NCBI GenBank assembly: GCA_965153285.1
Contig: OZ229110.1
Length of the DNA: 64,000 nt
Origin: Podarcis tiliguerta
Taxonomy: Eukaryota
Direction: 5' to 3' (one strand)
The translations under genes were made by a program, and so were the position numbers. The notes below the pieces were generated by a model that was given only the letters and a program-made list of their open reading frames with translations, did no database searches and had not been told where the DNA came from. Positions 1-11,267 of the stretch are shown here, piece by piece (position 1 is the stretch's first letter; each line of letters starts with the position of its first letter).

Positions 1-268
1 AGTGTTGTGATATGGGAAGTAGAAAAACAGAATTGCGGTAAGTGTATGGGGATTGGGGGATTTCTCAAGGCATGGTCACCATTCCTGCATAGAGAAAGAG
101 AATGCCATGTGTGACTGTGAAGTGGGAACAACACAATGGGTTAATAAAAACCAGCAATCACTGCAGGTCAGCACAGAGTGCACATGTGGGCATGCATGCA
201 TACATTATGGAAATATTCGGATCAGGGATTACATATAAACGCTGAAAAAATAAAAATGTGTTTTGTAC

Positions 269-334
269 CTTTTCTCTCTACCACTTCTTCATGGACCACC
301 TTTCGTGCAGGTTTTGGTGGTGGAGCTTCTGTAG
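269..334 (-). CDS. TTN: PEVK exon
   Basis: 66 nt, ATEAPPPKPARKVVHEEVVERK; alternative in-frame start at 328. Confidence 0.82.
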
Positions 335-689
335 CTTAAAGGATATAAATAGTTAGTCCCAAGCCTTTTCGGTCATCATCTAGGCTAAGATTACATGCAG
401 AAAATGTAACATCACACTGCATATGAGCTTGCATTTTTGCATCACTCATGGGATACAATTTACAAAAGACCAAATCAATACATAGCAAAGGGTTGTATCC
501 AAGTAAGTCATTCTGTTCATGCAAGGACTTCAATATGCATAGTAGAAGTCCCCTTGTCTCCTCATGCTTTCCTATGTCTCTCCCCCAAATCTGCTCAAGG
601 GGGTTGGGGAAAACCCCATAACTCTTAACTATAACCTCTTGCTTTTAATGGACAACTCATCTCCATTTGCTTCCCCATCACTACTTCCA

Positions 690-890
690 TCCCTCTGCTA
701 GTAGCTGGGCACCTAGTTTGCAAGAAGGAGGTCCAAGGTGAAGTCCCTGGCCTCTCCAGTTAAAAGGGACAGGGTGCAGATAACATGAAAGGCATCTGCC
801 ATGGAGACCAGTGCCAGCCAGAGGAAACAGTACACTGGATCAGATGAACAAAACAGGCTGACCTGTTAAGGCAGTTTCATGTATTTCATG
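690..890 (+). mobile_element. Old degenerate tRNA-derived SINE, similar to the copy at 26310-26520
   Basis: Shared decayed segments (ggtgaagtccctggcctctccag...tggagaccagtgccagccag...aaggcagtttcatgt). Confidence 0.45.
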
Positions 891-951
891 GATATGAAAT
901 TGATGCAAATGTATTAATAGCACATGCAATTTATATCATCTTCAGTAATAC

Positions 952-1029
952 CTCTGGCCCGTTTGAGATGTTCTTCCTCCATCACTTTAGCCTTTCTTTC
1001 CACCTCTTCGGTTACAGGTTTCCGTGTAA
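952..1029 (-). CDS. TTN: PEVK exon
   Basis: 78 nt, VTRKPVTEEVERKAKVMEEEHLKRAR. Confidence 0.82.
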
Positions 1030-1220
1030 CTACAGGGAATTTAAATAATTTCACATTAGCTGGAAATTGGTTCATTTTACACAGAAGTTATCTTAAGAAT
1101 ATAATGGGAATATGCACTTTTTTAAAAGGAAAGGAAAGGAAAGGAAATAGGACTGTGAGAATCTGAATAGGACTTGCTGCAGTGGGAAATGTTTTGATAC
1201 TAAAATTCTAAAGTCCATAC

Positions 1221-1313
1221 CTTTTTCTACCACAACTTTCTTCTCTACTTTCTTGGCTGAAATCTCTGGTGGTTTCCGCGTAGGTGGTTCTGGCTTTCCT
1301 GGAACCTGGACAA
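1221..1313 (-). CDS. TTN: PEVK exon
   Basis: 93 nt, VVQVPGKPEPPTRKPPEISAKKVEKKVVVEK. Confidence 0.85.
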
Positions 1314-1905
1314 CTGTAACATACATTACATTTATATTAGAGAACATTACCTTACACCTGCTTCATAAACATCAAGGATTGTATAATTGAGAAAGAAAAA
1401 GAGTGCAGGGAATGTTAGGAGTTGTGTATTCTTGGCCCAAATAGAAATCAACACTGGCCGCCATTTGCTTAAGCAGTGCAGCATTGTTCCATCTGCAAAA
1501 GAATATGCTTATTTTTTAATATGACCTGTAAGGCAAGGTATAGGCAGATTTAGATTGGATGAACATCCATTTGAAATATTTCTGCTGTTGGATTATGCCG
1601 AAATGGCAAAACTGACCAGAAAGCTCAGGACCAAGAGGACCAAAACTTTAATAAAGAATGAGAAAAAAAATGTAATTTACTTGAGAGACCACTGTAAGCA
1701 GATGAAAACTTTAGCAGGATTGCAATAACACTTGTAATGTTGAAAATATTATGGACAAAATGGAGAGACATAAAATTTGGACGATGAAATAATATGCAGT
1801 TGAAAAGTCTCATAATAGGACCCAAGGAGGGGAAGGTGGGAAGATTTGGAAAAATCTCTAAATATGCATATGTATTTTGTATTGTTATAATTCTGCACTT
1901 GTAAA

Positions 1906-2262
1906 GGGATGCAGGTGGCGCTGTGGGTTAAACAGAGCCTAGGACTTGCTGATCAGAAGGTTGGCGGTTCAAATCCCCGCGACGGGGTGAGCTCCCGTTG
2001 CTCGGTCCCTGCTCCTGCCAACCTAGCAGTTCGAAAGCACGTCAAAGTGCAAAGTAGATAAATAGGTACCGCTCTGGTGGGAAGGTAAACAGTGCTTCCG
2101 TGCGCTGCTCTGGTTCGCCAGAAGCAGCTTAGTCATGCTGGCCACATGACCCGGAAGCTGTACGCTGGCTCCCTCGGCCAATAAACCGAGATGAGCGCTG
2201 CAACCCCAGAGTCGTTCGCGACTGGACTTAACAGTCAGGGGTCACTTTACCCTTTACCTTTA
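1906..2262 (+). mobile_element. Full-length Sauria SINE
   Basis: tRNA-like head GGTGGCGCTGTGGG / GGTTCAAATCC, (ACCTTT)n tail, exact 10-bp target-site duplication CACTTGTAAA at 1896-1905 and 2263-2272. Confidence 0.9.
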
Positions 2263-2604
2263 CACTTGTAAAATCAAATAATTTTTTTTTTTTAAAAAAA
2301 TTGAAATATTTTCTGCAAGTATATTGCTGCAAGAAAGCAAAATTTGATAGAAAAAAAGGAACAGCAGCTTTTCCAACCACATTTGAGCTCTCTTCCCCCT
2401 CCAAAGAACAGTGAAATGAGAAGTATTGGAAATTAATCATATAGTGCAGTGGTGGGGTTAGCTGTGACTCTCCAGATATCATCCTTGCCAAATGGCTATG
2501 CTGACTGGGGCTGATAGGATATGGAATACACCAACATCTCAAGAACCACAGATTCCTCAACAGAGAAAACAGAAAGGAGAAAGTTTTTAAAAAATGAAAC
2601 ATAC

Positions 2605-2844
2605 CTTCTTTGCGAATTTGCTTTTCCTCATAAGTTATTTGTCTTTCTCCATATGCCCATTCCTCTTCTCCTTCATCATATCCTTCTTCTCGTTCATAAT
2701 ATTCATGCTCCTCTCCATAATCCTCTTCCCATTCTTCATATTCTTCTTTGTGAACCTCATATACTTCTTCCTTCTTCTCATAAACTGCTTCTTTCTTCTT
2801 AGCTACAGTGGTTACTTTAACTTCCTGAGGTTTCTTTGCAGGAG
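2605..2844 (-). CDS. TTN: Glutamate-rich (polyE) PEVK exon
   Basis: 240 nt, APAKKPQEVKVTTVAKKKEAVYEKK...EYYEREEGYDEGEEEW...KQIRKE, donor gtatgt. Confidence 0.9.
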
Positions 2845-2850
2845 CTAATA

Positions 2851-2886
<36 letters not shown>
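2851..2886. repeat. (AAT)12 microsatellite abutting a splice acceptor
   Basis: Direct reading. Confidence 0.95.
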
Positions 2887-2888
<2 letters not shown>

Positions 2889-3135
2889 AAAGCCTAATAA
2901 GGTTGACGTGGGTATTTGCAGTTTTCAGAATAATCATTCCATACATGCGTTATTGTGCTTTGAAATTGTACAAATGAAGTTTTTCGTCGTGTAGTTTCAA
3001 TGCCATGTCATTCTCAAAGCAACAGCAGCATGGCTGTCCTAAGGCAGATGGATTTATTAGAGCTTACGAATGAATAGATGAATTAAATGAAAGCTTTCTG
3101 CTCAGTGGAAAAGTTTGAAATTCCTGGGTGAAATC

Positions 3136-3524
3136 TAGGGATAGATGAATCTGTCAATGACTGTTTCTCTCAGCTTTTTGTTTTTCCCAATCTTAAATTC
3201 AGTTCTCTGCCTTTATTTTATTTATTTATTTTAAAAATTCCTCGTGCAAATCCACCAACATTTTCCCATGCAGTTTTGACTAATATACATATTTTTGCAA
3301 GTATTTTCCCCTAATATAATGAAGTGTTTCGACTATTTGATGCATTTTCATGCGCACTTGCCCCTAGTATACAAATTTATGCTTGGAGAACTACATCACA
3401 AAATTTGAAGGAGTGTGAATTTCAAAGGAAAGCTGCATTTCAGTTTGGCAATTGGATCAAAAAGTGTGAACTAGTTAGTTTGTCATTAAAACGGAAACAA
3501 AATTGAATGTCTCCTCCAACCCTA
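3136..3524. mobile_element. Degenerate non-autonomous DNA transposon (hAT-like); related fragment near 40560-40830
   Basis: Imperfect TIRs TAGGGATAGATGA / TCCTCCAACCCTA, TGAAAT on both flanks, internal similarity (caaaatt..gtgtgaattt.aaagg) to 40750-40785. Confidence 0.5.
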
Positions 3525-4106
3525 TGAAATACAATTCTGCATGGAATTGTCCACTGATATAAGAGAAGGAGAGGAGATTTTTTTTGCTGAACCCTCTCCT
3601 CCATTTTCTCCTGCAGCCCCTTGTGTCCCCAGAAAATCAGTTCAAGAGGTTTCACTCTGGAACAGTGTGGCAGGTGGCAAAGGGGGCTGCAAGGAGAAAA
3701 AAACTAATGAAAAAACTGCCTCCTAATCTCTTGTGCTAGTACACACCTCCACTAGATCAAAAACTATTCTGCTTTAATTCTACCTACTGTCTTTTCAAAG
3801 TCCTTTTAATAAACTATCAGTATTTCAGTGGGTATTCTAGTCAACTGATAGTTAAATCCCCCGGCTTATCTGCAGCAAGCTCCTGAAGTAAACGTTGAAG
3901 AAAGAGTTCAGATTAGTATTATCTGGAAAATCCTGTAAAGGGATGACCTTTGCATGAATAATGATGTTAGGATGACTGAAGGGAAAATGAAGAATGACAG
4001 CGCCACATTTTAAATGGCTCAAGCAATAAAAGATGGGGAGTGGGTGCCATTCTCCCCATAAAAGATTATTTTCTTAGTATGCGCATTTCAGTATTTGATT
4101 CTTTAC

Positions 4107-4184
4107 CTTCTGTTGGAATAATTTTCTGTACTTTTGGAACTGGGACTAGGGCCGAAGATGGGGGTTCTGGTTCCTTTGCCACTT
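4107..4184 (-). CDS. TTN: PEVK exon
   Basis: 78 nt, EVAKEPEPPSSALVPVPKVQKIIPTE. Confidence 0.85.
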
Positions 4185-4454
4185 CTGAAACATTTACAGA
4201 TATGTCTGCTAAGCGGCTTGATTGAGCATCATGAGCTAGCCTTGGGATTTAATTTCATCTGGTCTCATTAACATTAGTCAGATGAAACTGGACTGAGATC
4301 TTCAGTTTGTATTGTTAAGATGCACGGCATTCTCGTTAACATTTAAAGACAAATGGGAGAGAAACAAATCTCGGGAACAAATATTGCTAACTGAGTCTTC
4401 TGTCAAATTCAGCAGCGACAACCCAACTGAGGCTGCAATCACACACACACAAGA

Positions 4455-5015
4455 GCTAATAATAGCCTCCTGAATCAGGCCAATGGCCCATCTAATCCAA
4501 AATCCTGTTCTCACAGTGGCCAACAAGATGCCTGTGGGAAACCAGAGAGCAGAACATTAGCACAAGAGCAATTCTCCTCTCTTGTGGCTCCCAGCAACTA
4601 GTTTTCGGAAGCATTGCTTCCTCCAACTGTGGTAGAAGTGGAGTAGAGGAGAAGAAGAAGAAGAAGAAGAAGAAGAAGAAGAAGAAGAAGAAGAAGAAGA
4701 GGAGTTTGGATTTGATATCCCACCTTTCACTCCCTTTAAGGAGTCTTAAGGTGGCTAATATTCTCCTTTTCCTTCCTCCCCCACAACAAACACTCTGTGA
4801 GGTGAGTGGGGCTGAGAGACTTCAGAGAAGTGTGACTGGCCCAGGGTCACCCAGCAGCTGCATGTGGAGGAGCAGAGACACGAACCCGGTTCGCCAGATT
4901 ACGAGTCCACCGCTCTTAACCACTACACCACACTGGCTCTCCACATGGCTAGTAGCCACTGGCAGTCTTCCCCTCCATTAATTTGCCTAATACTCTTTTA
5001 AAGCCATCCACAGCT
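4455..5015 (-). mobile_element. CR1-like LINE 3' fragment, interrupted by a SINE
   Basis: ggcccatctaatccaaaatcctgttctcacagtggccaac...ggctagtagccactg...ttttaaagccatcc, recognised from memory as a sauropsid CR1-type 3' end; same family at 19700-19895. Confidence 0.55.
4651..4939 (-). mobile_element. tRNA-derived SINE with (CTT)n tail (Squam3/MIR-like)
   Basis: Minus strand head GAGCCAGTGTGGTGTAGTGGTTAAGAGC (A box), GGTTCGTGTCTC (B box-like), core GGGTGACCCTGGGCCAGTCAC, tail (CTT)16 at 4698-4651. Confidence 0.75.
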
Positions 5016-5670
5016 ATGGAGGAATTCAATGTCATGCTAGGACAACTGTTCCACCAGGGGAAACATTTTGACTTGCCAGACAGAATGACCCCCCCTCTCT
5101 TCCCACTGTGTGCTGTTCTGAGGGTTGTCTTGATTCCCCCCTCCCCCGAACCAGTTTCATGGGGAAGGGGGGCACACAGTGAGAGGGGAAGCCCCATTGT
5201 GCAAGTGGAAGTCCCCGTGCAGGTCTTCCACTGGCAGGACTCATGAGTGGAATCCTGCCCTTATAAGGCAGTCCTAACCAGGTACGCTCCAGTGTAAGCC
5301 CTATTGAATTCTTACTCCCAGATAAGTGAGGGCAGATTGTAGACTGTAAGTCCCATTGGCTGAATAGACATCTGAGTAGACATGCATATGGCTGCTCTGT
5401 GACATAAGCTGGAGCTGTGTCTTAATAACCAAATAGTACTGGACCCTATTGCATGAAGAGAGCCTACACATGTTTGCAGATATAGAAGATGTTCCTGAAC
5501 TTATGCATTTGTAGTAACATGTGAAAACTCCTAAAGATTTTAGAATGAGAGGAAGATGGTTCCCCCCCCCTTCCTTTGCTGTGATTATGCCTTAATCTAC
5601 ACTGGTTAACATATGTTCCGTATAAATCAATTTTATAGTATTTGAATCAACACTTCTAGTATGATAGTAC

Positions 5671-5748
5671 CTTTAGGAGGGGCAACTTCTTCTGGAGCTT
5701 TTGGAACCACCTTTTTGGTGACTTTCTGCACGGTTGTCTTTTTAACGA
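5671..5748 (-). CDS. TTN: PEVK exon
   Basis: 78 nt, VVKKTTVQKVTKKVVPKAPEEVAPPK. Confidence 0.88.
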
Positions 5749-5864
5749 CTAAAACAAGTACAAAATAGATAAAGCCATTAGCCACCCAAAATGAACCCAG
5801 CAGCAAGTGAAAGAGCATGTGAAGATCTGCATTTCTGAGCATGTGTGCAACAGAACTGTAATAC

Positions 5865-5921
5865 CTTTTTCCTTTTTCTTCTCTTCTGGCATAAGAAGGA
5901 AGAGAGGAAGAGCAGGAGTTT
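5865..5921 (-). CDS. TTN: PEVK exon
   Basis: 57 nt, phase 1-1, ETPALPLFLLMPEEKKKEK. Confidence 0.8.
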
Positions 5922-6031
5922 CTGATAAACGCAAGGGAAAATTCAATCAATGAACATTCATATGGCACACAAATTCTAAACCACCTGCTCTCCCACCCTT
6001 AACAGCGGAATCTTTTGTATATAAGGCTTAC

Positions 6032-6079
6032 CTTCAGCTGGAACTTCAACAGGAACTGCAACTCTAGCATCTGGGATAT
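6032..6079 (-). CDS. TTN: N2A-PEVK junction exon
   Basis: 48 nt, DIPDARVAVPVEVPAE, donor gtaagc. Confidence 0.85.
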
Positions 6080-7119
6080 CTGGAGAACCAAATGTGCAAG
6101 GAAAGGGGCCATCAGATTAATCTGGCTGTATCCCGTATACAAATAAGAAACTCATTCTCGAAGTGTGGATCCTTATGCAGCTTAAGTGACACCACACACA
6201 CACACACACACACACAGACAGGAGGTACCCAAAGCTTTGGAAATCTCTTAAGGCAGGTATGGGGAAACTTTGGCCCTCCTTATATTGCTGAACAACAACT
6301 CCCACTGGCCATGCTTGTTGAGTAACTTCTGGAGGGCCAAAGGTTCCCATCTGTCATGAAGTTTGCAGAAGTGCAAAAACTTATTTCCAAAGCATGGGAA
6401 CCAAGCACAGCACAATAAGGAATGGAAAGGGGCCGCAGAACGCTTGCTGACTTTTCTGGAGGGGGGAAGAAATTAAAAACCAGGAGGAAAAGAATAGTGT
6501 GTCCTGGAATGGAATGGACTGTCCTGGTTCAGTTAGAAGATGACTCTTAAGTCATTTGCCCTTATGAAAAAGCCATTCTAAATATTCCATTTGGCTTAGA
6601 TCCATATGTTTCACCCACTGACAGGAGCATCCTGCTAGTGGGAGCAGAACTCCGGCGGAAGGAAAGAGGATGACTTTTGCCAATTCCGCCTTCCCTCTTA
6701 AAATCTGTTCCAGGGGGTTAGGAGGCCTTCAAAAATGGAAGAAAGGATGAGGTATTTTCAGGATAGAAGGGTGGCTTTCATCTGCAAGCAACTAAGTTTG
6801 GCTCCAACCCTTTAATTGTCCTACTTGGAACACACAAGAACAAATAGCCTATGCTCACTGAAACTAACTTTAGTATGAAGTCTGCAGGCTTTTGTTCATG
6901 TACGAGGGGATTTTTAGCCCCACCCCCCATCTAGAAACATCCAGAGGCCGTTGCTGAAAGTCTGGGGAGGCTCCACACTGGCATCCAACCCAGAGGGGTA
7001 GGGGTTTCAGGTGGAAGGGGAAATGTACAGGCAGAGAACCTCATCATGTGTAGGCACTCTGGTGTTTCAAATACAAAAATAAAACTTGAGACAAATGCAT
7101 CCATGCTTTTTTTCTTTAC

Positions 7120-7146
7120 CTGGGGGCTTCACTTCCAGTTTAATTT
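7120..7146 (-). CDS. TTN: 27-nt microexon after I83
   Basis: ttgcag|AA ATT AAA CTG GAA GTG AAG CCC CCA G|gtaaag = EIKLEVKPP. Confidence 0.85.
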
Positions 7147-7266
7147 CTGCAAGAGAAGAAAGTAGATTTGCATTTGAAATTCTTTCCACTTCGCGGACAT
7201 CATTTCCACCCTTCCATCTTACGTCCTGTGTTGTTGTTTTTTAAGTTGAAGAAAGCATTTACTAAC

Positions 7267-7344
7267 CTTTAGTAGTCAGATAAAGTTCAGCAGTGCTTCT
7301 TGCTTCACCTCTTGGCTCCAGACGAGCAATTACAGAATACACCC
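7267..7344 (-). CDS. TTN: N2A exon: I83 C-terminal part
   Basis: 78 nt, GVYSVIARLEPRGEARSTAELYLTTK. Confidence 0.93.
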
Positions 7345-7451
7345 CTGAAATCACAAAGGCAATTTGTTATGTGACATCATTTTTGTCAGCAACGGGGGGG
7401 ACGGGGACGGGGGACGACAGCAAGGGAAGGAAGCAAATAGTGTAACATTAC

Positions 7452-7661
7452 CTTCATCATCTGCAGTAACGTTGTGGATAGTCATATAATGGCAACGGCC
7501 TTCACTTCTGAAGCTGTACTTTTGACTCTCCCTGAGTTCAACTTTGCCTTTATACCATGTGACGACTGCATCATCAAAGGATACCTCGCACTCAAAGGTT
7601 GCAGATTGGTATTCGCTCACCACTATGTTCTGAATGGTCTTTGTAAACTGGATGGGTTCAG
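7452..7661 (-). CDS. TTN: N2A exon: I83 N-terminal part
   Basis: 210 nt, AEPIQFTKTIQNIVVSEYQSATFECEV...VTADDE. Confidence 0.95.
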
Positions 7662-8165
7662 CTGTTTTGGGAAACAATTTTTTGAAAATGTAACCATTAT
7701 TCCTTTACATGAAGCTTTGCCTACATACACGACTCCACCAAAAAACAAAGAAAGATATACAAAGAACTGAGCATTCGGCATTCCATGACAGCGAGTTCGT
7801 ATACTGGAAGTAGATCCGAAACTTAAGATAGTTGGCACAGCGCTGTGTCAGAAGCAAGAGAAGCCAGGTAACAATGGAAAGGGCTGTGATCATCGTAAAA
7901 ACCTCAGCATAAAAGTGCCAAAAGATGAAATGGGGTGGAAAAACCCCTCCCATTGTAAAGTCAAGCTATAAGAATGTTCAAAGAGAAATAAGCTGGGATA
8001 AGAATGTGTACAATGACAGCATGACTGATATCTTGGGCGGCGAGGGAAGAAGTATAGCAGAATTTTCTTCAAACAGAGGATTTCCCAGCATTGTCTTTTC
8101 TGTCTTATTTGTCAAGATTACCCCCAAACTTGCTTATTCTTACATAAAGATGTGCATATACAAAC

Positions 8166-8426
8166 CTTCAATGGTTAGGTCAGCAGTTGTTTCTAGATGG
8201 TCAAACCTGCAGGTATAGCGCCCCTGGTCTTCTGTTCGCACATCCTTAATAATGAGCCTGTGCATCTTCTCTGAGACTTCAGCTGAATATCTACCTCCTA
8301 TCTTAAGAGCCTTTCCATTTCTGAACCACTGGGATTTTGCATTTGGAACAGAAAACTGGCAGACGAAAGAGCACGTAAAGCCTTCCTTGAGCGAAGTGTC
8401 ACGCAGATGCCGTTCAATTGCTGGTT
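8166..8426 (-). CDS. TTN: N2A exon: I82
   Basis: 261 nt, EPAIERHLRDTSLKEG...TADLTIE. Confidence 0.95.
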
Positions 8427-8512
8427 CTGTTAGCAAGTTCAAGTACATATTTTAGAAAATGCCAAGTAAAATCAAAGCTTAAGTTTGTGTTAAACAGAAA
8501 TTTTGCACTTAC

Positions 8513-8780
8513 CAATCACAGTAAGCTTAGCGCTGGCAATATGTGGCCCACAGACCACTCTGTAATTTCCTTGATCTCCAAGTTGACAATTCCTGATTTT
8601 AAGTATGTGTCGGTCACCTTCAATTCTTATTTCATACTTGTTGTTAGAGTCCAGTTTTTCCGTGCCTTTGTACCAGGAAAGTTTGATTTCTGGATAGTTA
8701 ATTTTAATCTCACACTCAAACACGGCATCTTCATCTGTTACTACAGTCAGATCTTCAATATCTCTGATCAGAGTGACGGG
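8513..8780 (-). CDS. TTN: N2A exon: I81
   Basis: 268 nt, phase 0-1, PVTLIRDIEDL...KINYPEIKLSWYKGTEKL...ASAKLTVI. Confidence 0.95.
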
Positions 8781-8891
8781 CTGAAAAACATTTTTCATAT
8801 GTTTGACTGTTTCAGAGCACAGCCTATGCTATGTATTAGCTACAGATGTCAGCGCACATAATTAAATTGTGTAATATATGGCAATAACTAC

Positions 8892-8981
8892 CTCTGTCTG
8901 TGTAAGTCTTTGCTGAATAAATGATACCAGTTCATCAAATTCTTGTTCTTCCCTTCTAGATCTCTGTGTTACTTCAATCTC
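8892..8981 (-). CDS. TTN: N2A exon: UN2A C-terminal part
   Basis: 90 nt, phase 0-0, EIEVTQRSRREEQEFDELVSFIQQRLTQTE. Confidence 0.93.
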
Positions 8982-9492
8982 CTGTTGGAACAAAAACCGT
9001 GGTTTAAAATGGTAGAAAGCCTTCATGCTTTTAGCTATTCCCTTTTGCCAAAACTTTACAAAAATGAAGCAGTTCTGTATATTCATTGCAGATCTAACTT
9101 CCTTTACATGCAGCACAGCTCAACTCCAATCCTTCCAAAATGCTTAAGGTTACCCAAAGAGAACCCAGTAAAGACTATCAGAAGCACATCTTTTCTTCTC
9201 TACTGTCCCTAAACAATGCCTCTTAGTCTATACACCTCATGTAATGAGGTATGATTGACATCTTTTGGAGAACAACACTGAGTAGGGTTTGCTGTGAAGA
9301 TGCCATGAATAAACGATCCCCAAATGTGAACCTTCATGACATCCGAAGCAACAGCTAAGTTCCAAAATAGAATATAAATCTCTGTAATTGGTTAACTGCA
9401 TATCTGGAATATTGAACACACTTATTTAAGCAATAATAGCACAACGCATTTCAAAAAATTACTCTGAAGCAAATGTATATGCTGGTATTTAC

Positions 9493-9676
9493 CAGTCTAT
9501 GAGTTTCTTCTTCCTGGCTTTGTTTCAGCAGCTCAAAGGCTTGGAGGAGACCTCGGAAATCAGTAATTCCATACATACGTGCATATTTTTCATATTCTTT
9601 AGGATCTACATTTTTCAGAAGTTCCATTATATCAATGGCCTTTTCTTCCTCATCTTCCTTCCTTTTAGTTGGGGTC
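9493..9676 (-). CDS. TTN: N2A exon: UN2A helical core (ANKRD1/MARP-binding region)
   Basis: 184 nt, phase 2-0, TPTKRKEDEEEKAIDIMELLKNVDPKEYEKYARMYGITDFRGLLQAFELLKQSQEEETHRL. Confidence 0.97.
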
Positions 9677-9924
9677 CTATAGAAATGGCAGAATTTTTGG
9701 TGTTGTTCATAAAATATGCTCTCTGTGTTGAATGGTTCAATGTTCTGAATTGCTAAATTGCTAAAGCTATTTTTGGTCATCTGCAGACTATCCCTTGCTT
9801 TTTCCTGTAAGACTAATTGCAGTCGTTAACAGGTTTACCATACCCATTGAGTCAATCACCCATCTCCTACTACCCTTCTGAGAAAATCCCCACCACACCC
9901 TCCCACTATATATTAGGATCTGGT

Positions 9925-10080
9925 GACTTCTGTTTCAGTGTATCTCAAGAAGTGTGCATGCACAAGAAAGCTTATACCCAGAACAAACTTAGTTGGTCTC
10001 TAAGGTGCTACTGGACAATGTTTTATTATTTTTATTTATTTTGACTGCGTCAGACCAACACGGCTACCTACCTGAATCTA
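9925..10080 (+). mobile_element. Penelope-like element terminal fragment with decayed hammerhead motif
   Basis: gtgtatCTCAAGAagtgtgcatgcacaaGAAAgcttatac...ttagttggtctctaaggtgctactgga...cagaccaacacggctacc; family call from recalled reptile PLE ends. Confidence 0.65.
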
Positions 10081-10757
10081 GAATCCTTTTTAAACTCAGC
10101 CAAGCTTACCTCTGTGTGCACAATGCATAGGTTTGCACTTAGTTAACTTTTCAGATAATTTACATTCCTTTATGTAACATGCCATGGAGAATCATAAATT
10201 ACTTCTTGACAAGTTTCTCTTAATGATTTTTCTGACCAGGAAAAAGAATTTTTCATTCATGCCCTTAAAACAGCATGTCTGATATATCCCTGTAGGTCTG
10301 CTGTCACGTTGTGGGATATCTCATTCATATACAATTGGATATGGATTGAATCATGCTTAGAGTAGACTCTCTGAAATCAGTGGGACTTGTTAGTCATGAT
10401 TAAGCACAACCTAAACCATAATGTTTGATTTTCTAAAACTCATGGCTGTTGTCCTCAGCATTACAGAGTGGATCAAATTGTGGTTTCAGACTTTAATTAA
10501 TACAACATTCTGTTAGTCCCTAGTGCTGAAAAGGCTGCATAACATCTACTACATGTTTACCAGACTGAAGTTTGAGTGTCATGATCAGGTATAGTCTGAT
10601 AGACTTCAAGAGGCATGTTTAGTCAGAAATAAGTCCTGCTAAGTCCAGTGGAACACGACTGCTATTAAGAGTGTTTAGGGTTGCAGCCTGAGTTATATTT
10701 ATGGTTCAGATCCTGCCTCACCTTCAGATTTAAACTTAGAGCAATTCTGGTACTTAC

Positions 10758-11040
10758 TTCTTTAGTTTTGCTCTAAGATCACCTTCTATCACTTCTTGTT
10801 TCTTCTCCTCAACCTGTAGGTTGACGTTGCTGTCAATTTCACCGTGTTGATTGAAAGCCACACATCTGTAATGCCCAGAATCAGTTTTTGTTGTATCCTT
10901 TATTTCCAGCTTGGCTTCATCTCCTCTTTGCTGGATGCTAATGCGACCACCTTGGTTGAGTTGCCTCCATTTTCCCTTCATCCATTTAACATTGGGGATG
11001 GGATCGCCACCTACTTTGGCAATAAATGTTGCAACGCTCT
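10758..11040 (-). CDS. TTN: N2A exon: rest of I80 and start of UN2A
   Basis: 283 nt, phase 1-2, SVATFIAKVGGDPIPNVKWMKGKWRQL...GDLRAKLK, donor gtaagt. Confidence 0.95.
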
Positions 11041-11171
11041 CTGATGAAGAAGAAAAGAAATGAAATGTGGTAAAGAAAATATCTGTCCCTGGCCAGGGGA
11101 AAACAGCAGTCAACATATGCCAAATTCAAGTATTATGAAAGATGGCTATTTTTTTTTAAAGCTTGGCTTAC

Positions 11172-11267
11172 TTTCGATGACAGTGATGCTTTGAGGCTCC
11201 AAGACGAAGTAAAGCTTGCCATCCGTTGGTGCTTTCTTAGCGGCTGCTGGTGCAGCTGCTGCTTTTT
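11172..11267 (-). CDS. TTN: N2A exon: linker plus N-terminus of I80 (exon 102 equivalent)
   Basis: 96 nt, EKAAAAPAAAKKAPTDGKLYFVLEPQSITVIE, donor gtaagc. Confidence 0.92.

Noticed and set aside
2228-2890. 220-aa ORF with a poly-Tyr N-terminus
   Set aside because: The poly-Tyr is the intronic microsatellite and the C-terminal half is intron and SINE; only 2605-2844 is exon.
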